A DNA stretch of 64,000 bases from Callorhinchus milii (lineage: Eukaryota). Shown here one piece after another: positions 51,390 through 64,000 of the stretch (within the stretch, counting starts at the first letter, position 1; each line of letters begins with the position of its first letter). The notes beneath the pieces were generated by a model, which saw only the letters and a program-made list of their open reading frames with translations, searched no databases and was not told where the DNA came from. Position numbers and translations under genes: made by a program. The stretch covers positions 74,216,001 to 74,280,000 of the forward strand of contig NW_024704742.1 of NCBI RefSeq assembly GCF_018977255.1, written 5' to 3'.

Positions 51390-52705
51390 TATCCTTCTGC
51401 TACCTTGTCTTCGCTTCCCTCCTGGTCTCTGGCACCTAAGCCATGAACGCCAGCCCCTCTCATCCCCCCTTGCCCCCCCACGCTGTCTCCTGTAGCCCAC
51501 AGGCTGATGCTGCCTCGCTGATCACTCGCTCCTGGTCTCTGCATGCGCGTTTTGGCTTCCGAGTTGAGCGGCTCCTAAAAAATTTCCCGCTCCTACCCCC
51601 CACACTCCCCTACTCCCACTCTGTCCTTCTCTCCCACCACCCTCCTTGCCTTCTCTCTCTCCTGGACCCCACCATTACCTCCTCTGCTCTGGCTTGGACA
51701 TCCTCCGCCAGGCCTATCGTGGCTCCTGGCGTTGGCTGTCCCAGACCAGCCACCCCAACTGTCCCATCGCTCACTCTCTTCTCACCAACTGCCTCTGAAA
51801 GGCAAACTTGCCCTCCCTCATCCATACCCTCCGCAACTCTCCCTGCCTCTCAAACTCTACGGTCGTTTCTCCCCCACAACCACAAATTCTCTCTATACCA
51901 CTCCTTACTCCTCTCCCCCCCTCCCCCCACACCAATAAACTTATTTGCATTTCCCTCCAAAATGTCCGCTCCCTCTCCAATTACTCCCTCTCCCTTACTA
52001 TCCTTGACCTCATCCTGGATGTGTAAATCGATATTCGTGGACTTACAGAAACATGGCTCTCCCCCAGTGACCCCGTTCCCCTCATTGAAACCTCCTCTCC
52101 TGGCTGCACTTTTCACTACACCCCCCTCCTCCAACCAACATGGTGGCAGGATGGCCCTCATCTCCCAAGCTTCCCTTGGTCTATCCCCCTATTCCTCTGG
52201 CTGTTTCTCCTCCTTTGAGCACCTAATCCTTTACCATCCCTCCTTTCTCTCCCTCAAAATCCACTTGGTTTACTGTTCCCAAAAACCTCCTGTCTCCTTC
52301 CTCACCGATATCTCTCCTCTCATCCCTGTTCCTCTGCACTGAACACCTGCTCATAATGGGTGATTTCAACCGCCACCTAAATTCCCCTTGCACCACCTTC
52401 TCGGATGTCACTGCCCTCCCCTCCTTCCTAAACCTCACCCTCCACATCAACTCGCCAACCCACAACACCACCCCCTCGACCTCATCATCACACATGGCAT
52501 TTCCAATCTGTCCATCACTGACAAAGCCATCACGGACAAAGCCATTTCGGCCCACTTCCTCATTTCCCTCTCTTCCCGCATCCCCCTCCCCTCTTCCAAG
52601 CCCTCCTGAAGACCTTCTTCTTTGACCGTGCTTATGGCCTCCTCTCTCCCCCCATCCCCCATAGTGCCTATAGTAGAGGGTGCTATATAAGTACATGTTG
52701 TTGTT
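51390..52705 (+). mobile_element. Internally deleted L2 (endonuclease region joined to the 3' tail)
   Basis: APE-endonuclease-like motifs LQNVRSL, MGDFN, PLDLII and ISAHFLI, followed directly by the L2 terminal sequence and ttg tail. Confidence 0.7.
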
Positions 52706-52747
52706 GATTAATGAGAGCGCTAATAAATTTTGTTTCTCCTTTTCCAG

Positions 52748-52918
52748 CTGTCATTGGTAGCAATTTGCATAAATATTTATCGCATGTCAATGGTCAATAC
52801 ATTACTTGGAGAGTTGCTGGAGAAGCAGAATTCATACCACAATTTTGAGTCTCTGGCATACTGGCAGATTCAGTTCAACAGTGTGGCTGCTGTTGTTGTG
52901 TTTTTTGCATGGATTAAG
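52748..52918 (+). CDS. PKD2: PKD2 exon 7
   Basis: 171 nt; [12 protein letters not shown]...[26 protein letters not shown]. Confidence 0.93.
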
Positions 52919-53604
52919 GTAGGTCTTTTACAATATAAAATTGGAGTTTCTTGTCTTGGCTACTTTTTTGATTCAAGCAAGTTTATTGTGTATCAAGCTG
53001 TGCACTAATCATTTGATGGTGGTATTGATTTAAACAACAACAACAAAATTAAATTTTTTAGAGTGCCTTTCACGTCGGGAGGACGTCCCAAAGCGCTGAA
53101 CAGTCAAGGTGTCGGGGCCTGAGCATGGGGGAGGGGTGGTGCAGGGGTGAGGGATGGCCGAGAGGTGGGAGGGCGACCAAAATCACGATCAGAGAGAAGG
53201 GTGTTGAGACCGGCTTTGAAGGAGGCAAGAGAGGAAGCGAGGTGAAGGGACCGTGGGATGGGGTTCCAGAGTGTGGGGGCAGAGGGACTGAAAGCCCGGC
53301 CACCGATAGTAGGCCTTGAAAGTGAGATGTTTTTTAAATGTGCTCGAGGTACATGTTAGTTTTCTTAATCATTATAGTGCAATCATGATGTCAAGTGACT
53401 GTCAGGAAGATGGAAGACGAATTAGATTTCTAATAATCTCTAAGTCTCTTTCACCTAGCAAATTCTTATGTTCTTATGATATTTTGCATAAGTATCTCAC
53501 TTAAGACAGATTGACTAATATTGGACTGGTGTAGTATATGGGTTAAGAACCTATTTAATGCAAATAGAAACTGAAATAGATTTATTGCACTTTTGTTTTC
53601 ACAG

Positions 53605-53786
53605 ATCTTCAAATTTATTAGCTTCAATAAGACCATGATCCAGTTGTCCTCCACCATGTCTCGTTGTGCCAAAGATATCTTGGGCTTTGCCATCATGTTT
53701 TTTATTGTTTTCCTAGCTTATGCTCAGCTGGCTTACCTTGTATTCGGTACCCAGGTCGATGACTTCAGCACTTTCCAAACATGCAT
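53605..53786 (+). CDS. PKD2: PKD2 exon 8
   Basis: 182 nt; [32 protein letters not shown]...[11 protein letters not shown]. Confidence 0.95.
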
Positions 53787-55264
53787 GTAAGTTTTCTGTT
53801 TTAAGGACCATAGGAAGGAAAATTAATATAATAGTTATATATTTTGTGATGCCATAAAATTACACTCGGTGTTATAAATTGGTCTTTGAAAAAATGGCTG
53901 CTCAAGATTGTCAGTTGGTCACTGCTGTTTCTTCCAGCTTCGGGCACAGGCTAGCTGACATCAGCATGCAAGAAGATAGATGGTCAACTGCAACCACTCT
54001 TGCGAACGTTTCTAGGTACTAGAAACATTTCTGAGAGCAGTCCCAGCTGACGAGTTGGCTGCATACACCAACTGGCATGTCAGAAATAAGCCACAGAAGA
54101 CCCACATTACAAGCAAATTCTCTCTTTAGCTGAGACACCTTATAATGGGGTCAATTTGTGAAAAGGGGTAATTCCAAAATAGTCATATTGAATTGAGGCT
54201 TTCATAATTGGACCTTTCTATATGCCTCACTCTTCCCTTTTCTCTCCTCCTGCCCTCCACAGTTTTTCCAACTAATACATAAGTGCAAGAGCCATTTTTT
54301 TCTTTCAGTGAATAACTTGGGCATCCTTGGTAAAGTTTCTATCAATAGTTTCAACAAATCTATCTGCTACTTCTGCTAAAGCATTATTTGGATTTGGATC
54401 CTGTCAGATCGTTTCTGGCAGCTGATCTCTGCCTCATTTCAAGGACATCCGACCTCACCCCAGTTACTAGTTTAGTCTTCAGCGGAGTATGGGTGATTTT
54501 TCTTGGTACATTCTTAAAGATGCATCCTCCATATGCAGCTTTCTCACTCGGGAGTCCCCCTCAGGTCTTGCAGGGAATGTTATAGTTGGCACAGTTTAGG
54601 TGGTTTAAAACAAACTGCTCTTTGATTCGTGTGCATGCGTGTTTAGGAGGTGTGCTATCCTATGTTGAATTGCCTTTTCATTTTGCTCTTCTTTAAATTT
54701 GTTATTTTCTTTTATGCTACTTTTATTTCTTATTGAATTGCTGTTCTTGTCTAATATCTTCTCTGCATTTACTATGCCTCTTGAGTCCCAACTTGTCGAG
54801 AGTTGAGATGATTATAATAAATGTTCACTAAAACTATTAGTTTCAAAGAGTGGGGAGACTGTGATAACTTGTTATATTTCTATTCTCTCCTCTCCACCCA
54901 CCTCACAGTTTTATTTCCTATTCTTTGAGAGCACATTTAGCAGAGATTTAGAATTTATAGAGATTATTACGCAGGAAAATGTTAACCCAAGTGTTGGTTT
55001 GTGTAACCAAATGTGTACAGATAAGAATGTTTGTTATTGCAAGAATTCCCACGTTACACCTTTTGCATTATTCAACATTTATTTTTTGTTTTGGTACGTT
55101 AAATGTGTATGAACACATTATAACTCTAGATTACAAATTTGTTGCTTTTTCCATTGTGAAATGTTTTGTATTCCAATTCCTACTAAATGTGCCCACATGT
55201 AGCAGAATTGTCAAATTAGCAAGCCTTTAGATGTTTTTGATTCACTCCACTATTCCTTTTGTAG

Positions 55265-55385
55265 TTTTACTCAGTTTCGAATCATATTGGGAGACTTCGA
55301 CTTTATCAAAATTGAAGAAGCAAACAGGATTTTGGGACCAATTTACTTTGCCACTTTTGTGTTTTTTATTTTCTTTATTCTGTTG
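55265..55385 (+). CDS. PKD2: PKD2 exon 9 (pore loop and S6)
   Basis: 121 nt; [40 protein letters not shown]. Confidence 0.95.
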
Positions 55386-55662
55386 GTGAGTAATAAATAC
55401 GATTATGGTCCTTGAAAGGAATGTAAATACTTTCAATATAAAATTATTATTCTGTTTCTGTAATCTGTTCTTTGTGGGGAAGCAGTACTGATAATGCGTG
55501 TATGTGTGTATACTTAAACATGTATACTTAGCCAGATTAATAGAGGGAGAATCTGTCCATCGAACCAGAATTTCCAGCTAAGTGCAATTATCAGTTATTC
55601 CCCCAATAATTTACCTCAGTAATTTGAAATTAGCTCCTAAAGTTGCTTATTCACTTTGATTA

Positions 55663-56276
55663 CAGTAAACTCCAGATAACTTGTCACTCCGAGGGAAAAG
55701 AGCCAAGTGACGAGCTATCCAGTGGCAAGTTAGGCATAGGTCCTCCTGGGCCACAAGGGGCGCTCTGATTGATGGAGTCACTTGGTGGAGGTTGGGTGCG
55801 CACGCTCAGATGCATCACAGAGGTCTCTGGTCTATTGGAGGGCCAAGCTGTGGCCTCCAGCCTTATCTTGCTGTAGAGGCCTGTGGTTTATTGGAGGGCG
55901 CGCCATGGCCTCCTGCTCTATCCTGTCACCGGATACGACGAAAGCCATGGCATGGCCTTCCAGTAGATCAGAGGCCTCTGCTCTGTGTCTGAGCATGCAC
56001 GGCCAACCTCCAGTTGCACCCTTACAACGGGTAGATAGAGCGGGAAGCCTCTGCGATAGAAGATGCCATCTTATAGGTCAATTTATCTGATCAATTTTTT
56101 ACATTGTAAGTACTTACACAAATTTCTAGAATGTGACTTGTTACGTGTTAAATGGAGTGACAAGTAAAGCGGAGTGCGTCATTAATAATTTTGTACAGGA
56201 AGCGGTATGTTGACAGCACGGCAACTTAAATGGTGGTCACAAATTAAACCAGTCTCGAGTTATCAGGAGTTTGCTG
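55663..56276. mobile_element. Non-autonomous Tc1/mariner (Tigger/pogo-type) element
   Basis: Terminal inverted repeats cagtaaactccagataact / agttatcaggagtttgctg (17 of 19 positions match), flanked by TA on both sides. Confidence 0.75.
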
Positions 56277-56997
56277 TATATAAATGTCCTGATTAAGCAG
56301 AAATAGCTCTATGCTTAATTACACTAGAAAAAAGTTTATTTGTAACATACTTTCTGCATTTTCCTGAGGTCATTTTACTGTCATTTTATTGCCTTCATTC
56401 GCATCATATCAGCTGTATATACACGGTGTACTTGGTAAGCAGAAACAAAAATAGCCTGTATTTAATGTATAAAGAATAACATAATGAGGTTAAAACTGTG
56501 ATTCAGTCTCTGAATTTTGCTGAAGTGTACTTTGCTTGTGTGATTTATCATCCAATCTGCTCAGCTGAATTATTGTTTTATAAATCACTGTCCCCTACTT
56601 ATGCTCCAATGTGGATTTCTATAATTGGCATGACCTAGATTTATTTAAACATTGCTGTTAGAAATAAGTGAGGTGAAGAATTGTTGTCCAGGATATCATA
56701 AGTTAAATAATTTTGCCCCCCAAAAGTTAGTCAATTCACTTTACAGTATATTCTGTGAAACGCTTTGAGACGTCTCGAAGACGTGATAAGGAGCTATATC
56801 AAATGCAAGGATTATTATTTATAATTTACAAAGCTGGAGGTTTGTGTGATTGCTTATGACCTTTACTAAACTTAAGTAAGGTCTTATACATTTTATTCTT
56901 GAAATATTTTTTCTTTTGAAATCCTATTTTATATGCTAACAAAGATTCAGAATATGAATCACACTGCAGATTGAGTCTGTTTCCTTTGTCTCACCAG

Positions 56998-57096
56998 AAC
57001 ATGTTTTTGGCCATCATCAATGATACCTATTCAGAAGTGAAAGCTGATCTGTCCCACCAAAAGAATGAGATGGAACTAACAGACCTTATCAAGAAG
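56998..57096 (+). CDS. PKD2: PKD2 exon 10
   Basis: 99 nt; [18 protein letters not shown]...DLIKK. Confidence 0.95.
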
Positions 57097-58310
57097 GTAT
57101 TTGAAAATGTTTTCATTGTAATTTTCTTGTCATACACGACATTGAGAAAATGGTTCTGAATCCTTCTAACCCAAATTTGTATAGCTTGTGACAACAAGTA
57201 TTCTTTCAGTGTTTGCAGGCATTTTGTTTGCAGCTATGTTGAGGTGTCTGTGAGTGGGGGGTGAGAGACATGATTTCTGACCACTTCTTATATTAGAGTA
57301 TTATTCTGGCTTGGAGGGGGAAGGGCGATCGGATAAGCAATCTAATTTCCAAAGCAGGTGATTGGCATTCTCAACCATCAATGTAACATTTAATAATGGA
57401 TATGCTGGCAGTATACTGGGAATAGACAAGGCATTGATTGTAGTATCATGCTGCCGCGTTATGCAATTAATTTATAATTTGAATTTTAAAGTGGTATCGG
57501 AGTTGTGGTGGAGTGTTATGCTTTTGAGTGGAAACAAGGGTGCTATAATTTAAAAACTTTCACCATTATCCCCAATGTTAGAGGGAAAATAAGAATCATT
57601 AAATAAGCTAGGGTTCGCCAACCTTGAAAAGAGAACCTACATTTATATGAGGTATATCAGATTCTAAAGGGGAATGAAAAAATCAAAAATACTTTCAGAT
57701 ATGACTGGAAGCAGGTCAAGGGCACAAGTTCAGGGCTATGAAGGGCATTTGGCCTATTTGACCTCATGATATTTCTCACAGTTACTGACTTTGGCAAAGA
57801 CCTAGTCAGCCGATTTGGCTTCTGGTGCTCTTAAAAAGGGCCATCAGGTTGCCATTGATGTCCCCTCTGCTATTACACATGCGCAGCGCACTGGAACTGA
57901 CTTCATTAACGACCTTACGACCCAAAGTCAGTGAGCTGCCCAGCTTCGCACACATAAATAAGCTTTTAAATCTATTGTTGATTCTGAACTATGAGGCACT
58001 TTTTTCAGTGCACAAACGGAATACCTGAATCTAAAAATTCAGAAATCCAGTTTTTGGCAGAATAATTGTCCATGGTTCTCCTTCTGACCAGAGCTGATAC
58101 TTGTGAGTTCCTGGACCCACTTCCCATCTTTTCTAACAGGTAATGATTATTATCAACAATAAATTGGAAACCTAAGTTTGAGAGGAATAAATATATGTAC
58201 ATCGTTAAATACATTTGAAGCAGACTTGAGTTTGAGTCAAATTGCATTGCTACAAGTTAATTTGTCTCAAATGATTACGATTCATCTTAACTTGAAAACT
58301 TGTTTTAAAG

Positions 58311-58432
58311 GGCTGCAGCAAGGCGTTGGTTAAACTTCGTCTCAAGAAGACAACTGTAGATGACATAACTGAGAGTCTGCGCCAAGCTGGAGGAAAACTA
58401 AACTTTGACGAATTACGACAAGATCTGAAAGG
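58311..58432 (+). CDS. PKD2: PKD2 exon 11
   Basis: 122 nt; [13 protein letters not shown]...[17 protein letters not shown] acceptor. Confidence 0.92.
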
Positions 58433-60059
58433 GTATAGTAATAATAGTTTTAAATATTTATAATTGTATAAATATTTATAATATTTCGACAGTATCGCTC
58501 TCTCTCCCTAGCTTGGAATTGAGCCCTGCCACACCTAAGTGCTCTGAGATGCTACCCCGCATGAAAGGCTCTATATGAATGCAAGCTATTGTTGCTGTTT
58601 GGGTTTAAAATAAAAACATAGTGAAAAATAATTTTGCTTCTACCCGCTGGAAAATAATTTTGCTTCTTCCCGCTGGCCCACCCCATTTGCAATGTTTTGT
58701 ATATTTTCTGGTCAAAGTCGGCAGTTTGCTTTTTTAAAAAAACAAAGTCCTACTTTTCCAGTAATATTTATGTTTAGCATTTACCAAACGTACACTAATA
58801 CATTTTAAGTAAATGTTTGTCAACGCCCCCTCAACCATGAGTTTTGTTTAGTTTGGTTTCTGCCTTTTGGTGAAAGAAAACTGAAGAGATTTCAGTAGTG
58901 CTGAGAACAGATGGCAATCATAGCGACTGCTTATGTAACAACTTCACAGATTTATGGTGTTTATATTGTAGGTCTAATTGCACATCTCTTCGCTTTCTAG
59001 CACCACCTCAGTGCCAAACCTGAAGTAGCAATAGGGAATGTGTCTGCATAGGTGTCATGTGACTAGGGCTAGAGGGGGCTCATATGTCAGACCTCATCCA
59101 CAGCTCATCTCTTTAAGGGAGCTGGGAGGGGATAGCCCTGATCCTCCGAGCTGCCCCATCCTGCAGGCCCTCTACCCCTCTCCCAACTTGTCAGCGTCAC
59201 CAGCAGACTTTCTTTTTTTTAAAAAAAGTCTTGATTTGAGTGGGAAATATAAATTGGGCTTCCCATTCCACTTTGCTATTTTACGAAGCAGCTTCACATC
59301 CAGCAGTAAGAAGATCACAGTTAAAGGGAGGCGCTTGGGCATGAAACTGAGTGTGACGACTTTGAAGTTGATCATTTGGGAGAGGGGTAGCCAATGGAGT
59401 CGGCGAGCACTGGGGTGATGGGATACACAGTTTGTTGTGGGTGAAGATATGGGAGGTGGAGTTTTGTATCAACTGGAACTTACAGCTGGTGAAAATAGGG
59501 AGGCCGGTTAGGAAGATGTTGTGAGGTTACAAAGATGTGAATGAGACCAACACTGGAATTCACTAAAACAAGCCAATGAACCAAAGGTCTCATTTAAAAA
59601 CAGATTCCGCTGGAATTCAACCCTCACGATTTTCATTCTATAAAGATGGTTGCTGCAGGTTTCTGTGCATTTACCATAAAAGATTCTGCTTATTGTATCA
59701 GTTTGAAACCCTTTGCTCATTTACTTCTGTGTATCTCTAACTGGAAATGGCAACAAGTCATTGCCTAATATCCTGGAATTCCAGGTCCATTTTAAGATCA
59801 GGCTGGGTATTAAATGTGGTTAAGAGCATAAAACCCTTAAATAAATATTCACCCTAGATAGTTATTCTGGACCCAAAGACCATAGTATTACAGTACTTTA
59901 TTTCTGCTCTTATCAATATTGCTTACCTTGCTTAATCCTTGCTGATTTGCTTCCATGTTGTCAGTAATACGGATGTCTTAAGGATTACTATTACTGAAGT
60001 GTCCTACCACATTATGTTAAGTAGAGCAATATTAAAAGCATGTTTTACACTTTTTGCAG

Positions 60060-60177
60060 GAAGGGTCATACTGATGCTGAGATTGAAGCAATTTTTGCGA
60101 AATACGATCGAGATGGAGATCAGGAACTGACAGAACATGAGCATCAGCAGATGCGGGATGACCTGGAGAAAGAGCGG
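60060..60177 (+). CDS. PKD2: PKD2 exon 12 (EF-hand)
   Basis: 118 nt; [39 protein letters not shown]. Confidence 0.95.
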
Positions 60178-60208
60178 GTAAATTGGACACTCAATTTGTT
60201 CCTTTACT

Positions 60209-62560
60209 TAAGAACATAAGAACATAAGAATCAGGGGCAGGAGTAGGCCATTCGGCCCCTCGAGCCTGCCCCGCCATTTGATAAGATCATGGCTGATCTT
60301 CAGATCTAACTCTAATTACCTGCCCTATCCCCATATTCCCTCATCCCTCTATTTTTTAAAAATCTATCAGTCTCAGCCTTGAAGATATTCAAGGACTGAG
60401 CATCTACAGCCTTCTGGGTAGTGAATTCCATAAATTCACGACCCTCTGAGTGAAGAAATGTTTCCTCAACTCTGTTCTAAAAGGCTGACCCTTAATTTTA
60501 AGACTGTGACCCCTGGTTATAGATTCTCCATCCAGGGGAAACAGACCCTCAGTGTCTACTTTATTCAGCTCTTTAAGAACCTTATGTGTTTCAATAAGAT
60601 CTCCCCTAATTCTTCTGTACTCTAGAGAATATAGCCCTAGTTTACTCAGCCTATTCTCATAGGTCAGTCCCCTCATCCCAGGAACTAACCGAGTGAATCT
60701 ACGCTGTACCCCCTCTAGGGCAAGTATGTCCTTTTTAAATAAGGACCAAAACTGCACACAATACTCTAGGTGCGGTCTCATCAAGGCCCTACACAGTTAC
60801 AGCAGGACTTCCCTACTCTTGAACTCTGAACCTTTTGCAATAAACGCTAACATGCCGTTCGCCTTCTTAGCCGTTTGCCTCTCAAAGCCAGTCAGGAACC
60901 TCGGCGTTCTGTTCGACCCTGAGCTATCCTTTCTTCCTCATATCTGCGCCACAACTGGCACCGCCTTCCATCACCTCCGGAATATCGCCAAGACTACGGC
61001 ACTACCTCACCCCTCACGCTGCTGAAACACTGGTCCACGCCTTTATCATCTCAAGGCTGGACTATGGGAACTCTCTCCTCGCCGGCCTTCCCGGCAGCTC
61101 CCTCCACAAGCTGCAGGTCATCCAGAACTCTGCAGCTCGTGTACTGTCCCGCACCAGGCTTCGCGACCACATCACTCCCACCCTCGCTCGCCTCCACTGG
61201 CTTCCCATCCCCCAGAGGATCGAATTCAAGATGCTCATCCTCACCTACAAGGCCATTCACGGTCTTACTCCCTCCTACCTCTCTGACCTACTATCCCCCT
61301 ACTTACCTGCCCGTACCCTCCGTTCCTCTGGCTCTGGTCTGCTCCACATCCCCCGCCCTAACCGCCCTACCATCGGTGGCCGGACCTTCAGCCTCTCAGC
61401 CCCAAGGCTCTGGAACTCCATCCCCCAGTGCCTTCGCCGCTTCCTCCCTTTCCTCTTTCAAGGCCGGTCTCAAGACCTTTCTCTTTGACCGTGCCTTCAG
61501 CTCCCCTCTCGACTCTCTAAACCCTCCTCACTCCCTCCTTTCCCTCCCCTCACCCTGACGAGACCCTGCTCGGGTCCCGACCCAACTGTCCAGTGCCTTG
61601 GGATGTCCTCCCGACGTGAAAGGCGCTCTATAAATGAAATCTTGTTGTTGTTGTTAGTTGCTTGCTGCACCTGCAAACTAACTTTTTGAGACCGGTGTAC
61701 AAGGACACCCAAATCCCTCTGAACACTAACACTATCTAATCTCTCCTCCTCTAGAAAATAATCTTTGTTTTTCTATTCTTTCTACCTAGGTGAATAACTT
61801 CACACTTCCCCACATTAAATTCCATCTGCCACCTACTCGCCCACTCCCCAGGCCTATCTATATCCAGTTGCAATCTTTTTGCATCATCCTTAGAGCTTAC
61901 TCTCCCACCTAGTTTAGTGTCATCCATGAATTTAGATATGTTACATTCAATGTCCTCGTCTAGATCAATAGCTGAGGCCCAAGCACTGATCCTTGTGGCA
62001 CTCCACCAGTCACATCCTGCCAATTCGAGAATGACCCGTTTATCCCTATTCTCTGTTTTCTACCCGTTAGCCACTCTTCAATCCATGCTAATATGTTCCC
62101 ATTAATCCCGTGGGCTTTAACTTTGTGCAATAGCCTTTGTGGCACTTTGTCAAATGCCTTTTTAAAATCTAAATATACTACATCTACTGGTTCCCCCCTA
62201 TCTAACCTGCTGGATACATCTTCAAAAAACTCTAAAAGATTAGGTAAGCATGACTTCCCTTTTGTAAAGCCATGTTGACTCTGCCTAATCCTGTTATGGT
62301 TTTCCAGGAATCCCATAACGACATCTTTAATTAAGGACTCAAGAATTTTCCCTACCACTGATGTCAGACTAACTGGTCTACAGTTCCCCATCTTTTCTCT
62401 CCCACCTTTCTTAAATAGTGGTGTTACGTTTGCAATCTTCCAGTCAATGGGAACCGTTCCAGAATCCAGAAAATTTTGGAAGATCAAAGACAAGCCATCC
62501 ACTATCTCAGTAGCCACCTCTTTTAAAACCCTAGGATGTAGGCCATCAGGTCCAGGAGAT
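60209..62560 (-). mobile_element. CR1 LINE (reverse transcriptase region), interrupted by a nested L2
   Basis: [66 protein letters not shown]; (ttcttatg)n 3' tail at 60209-60230. Confidence 0.92.
60871..61653 (+). mobile_element. Young L2 inserted antisense into the CR1
   Basis: VRNLGVLFDPELSF...; (ttg)n tail; ttag on both sides (60867-60870 and 61654-61657). Confidence 0.88.
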
Positions 62561-63409
62561 TTTAAGTAGCAGAATCCTTTATCAATTTGAATTACAAGGG
62601 GCAGGGCAAGGTCCCAATCAGGTCCCAAGATCTCTATTCTGCAACATCATTAAGAAATGTATTTCCTTTCTTTGTTCTTTTTCTGACAACGTATTACAGT
62701 GGAGCCTTGTTATAAGGTGGTAGTTGAGGTCCATTAATATCCCAATCCACCTCATAACGAGATCACAATAGCTGTTTTCACTGGGATTTGCATACCGGAA
62801 GCCAAAATGGCAGCTTCTGGGTCATCAAGTCTCCATTGATGTAATTTCTTGTGCACTTGGTATGTGCAGTGTCCAGGAAGTGACTTAGGTGGAGGTCTAT
62901 TGACCCACAAGTTGACCATCTAAAGCACAGGAGCAGGTTGGCATGTGGGAAGTGAGCTGGCTGTACACATGCAGAGTGACTGGGGCCCACACCCCATTTC
63001 TGTTATAAATGAACCAGTCCTATGAAGAAGTAACCTGTGCTATAATACAGTGCAATTTTGTACATTATGAACACCAACCTTGTGCCATACAGAAATCCCT
63101 TACAGTATAGATGCACTTTTCGCCTGCAGAACCACCACTTTAAAGATTGTCTTATTCCAACGTATTGTTCATTTTGACTGAATGTCTTCTAAGCTGTTGG
63201 GTAGAAGGTTTAACAGATGTGCACCAATTATAAAGAACATACAGTTTTTAATCCACTTTCTCATATAGTCTTTACTTCTGAAACTACTTAGACTACCCTG
63301 GGAGTGGTTTTGGGGACTCAAACCTATATCTTGCTATGTACATATTCAGCCATTATGAAGGGTTTCACTACACAGACTATCCTAGAAATACTTGAAATCT
63401 ATTTCACAG

Positions 63410-63573
63410 GATGACCTAGACCTTGATAGGAGCTCATTGCCTCGATCAACTAGTGGGAGAGGCTTTCCAAGGAGCCTGGATGATTCTGAGGATGAGGATG
63501 ATGAGGACAGTGGTCACAGCTCAAGGAGACGGGGTAGCAGCTCCAGTGGTGTGACCTATGAAGAATTTCAAGT
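63410..63573 (+). CDS. PKD2: PKD2 exon 13; the gene continues beyond the window
   Basis: 164 nt; [54 protein letters not shown]; gtaagt donor. Confidence 0.93.
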
Positions 63574-64000
63574 GTAAGTTGTTCAATACCTTACTTCTGC
63601 TTCAGTGCCCCTCAGGGTCCTCCCTTGAAAACCCAGTATGGGAGGGGTGGGGTGGGGGGTGGTTCTCTTTGGAGCTGAAGTGCAATGGCAAGCTTTGTGG
63701 TTTTGGTTAAACTCCAGAAGTACCTCAACACACACCGAGGTCCCCAAACCTTGCCAAACTGGGCCTAATACTGGAATTAGGTAAGCAGGATGTGTCCCTT
63801 AAGGGAGAGTGTACATTCCACTCCAATACACAGGAATTTCCATGTATTGTGAGATGCATGGAGCTCCCAGTTTGGTTTGGATACTCTAATCATGATGATG
63901 GGTTCCGAATGTGTCAGACACCCGGCTGACTAGAAAAAAAAACGGAGAAGCTGCTCAGTAAAATCCACTGGGGCAGAAAACCTTCTGGTATGTCTTCCAA

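Noticed and set aside
51443..52342. 299-aa Pro/Ser-rich ORF as a novel gene
   Set aside because: Off-frame reading of a C-rich decayed L2; endonuclease motifs are scattered over several frames.
58451..58478. AT-rich hairpin (12-bp arms) just after the PKD2 exon 11 donor
   Set aside because: Low-complexity AT sequence that readily arises by chance or slippage.

Overview
Vertebrate nuclear genomic DNA, not prokaryotic. The repeat content (abundant L2 and CR1 LINEs, Deu-domain and tRNA-derived SINEs, Penelope-type terminal repeats) suggests a cartilaginous fish, possibly a holocephalan; this is inference. Three spliced genes were reconstructed by hand from GT-AG boundaries and reading-frame phase. 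(1) The last two coding exons of the pseudokinase PRAG1/SGK223 (+, 836-4479). (2) MBOAT4/ghrelin O-acyltransferase (-, 18647-13081, 3 coding exons), whose exon 3 carries one frameshift upstream of the catalytic Asn/His. (3) Exons 1-13 of PKD2/polycystin-2 (+, 31836-63573, continuing beyond the window), behind a CpG-island promoter with two RFX X-box-like motifs. The most interesting observations are an ~80-nt, ~94%-identical inverted copy of PRAG1 coding sequence in the preceding intron (a candidate ADAR editing-complementary or splicing hairpin), the MBOAT4 frameshift (recent gene loss or assembly error), a Penelope-type minimal hammerhead-ribozyme motif, and no recognisable SPP1/SCPP gene upstream of PKD2. 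Gene and repeat identities come from remembered family sequences, not database searches. Repeat boundaries are approximate.
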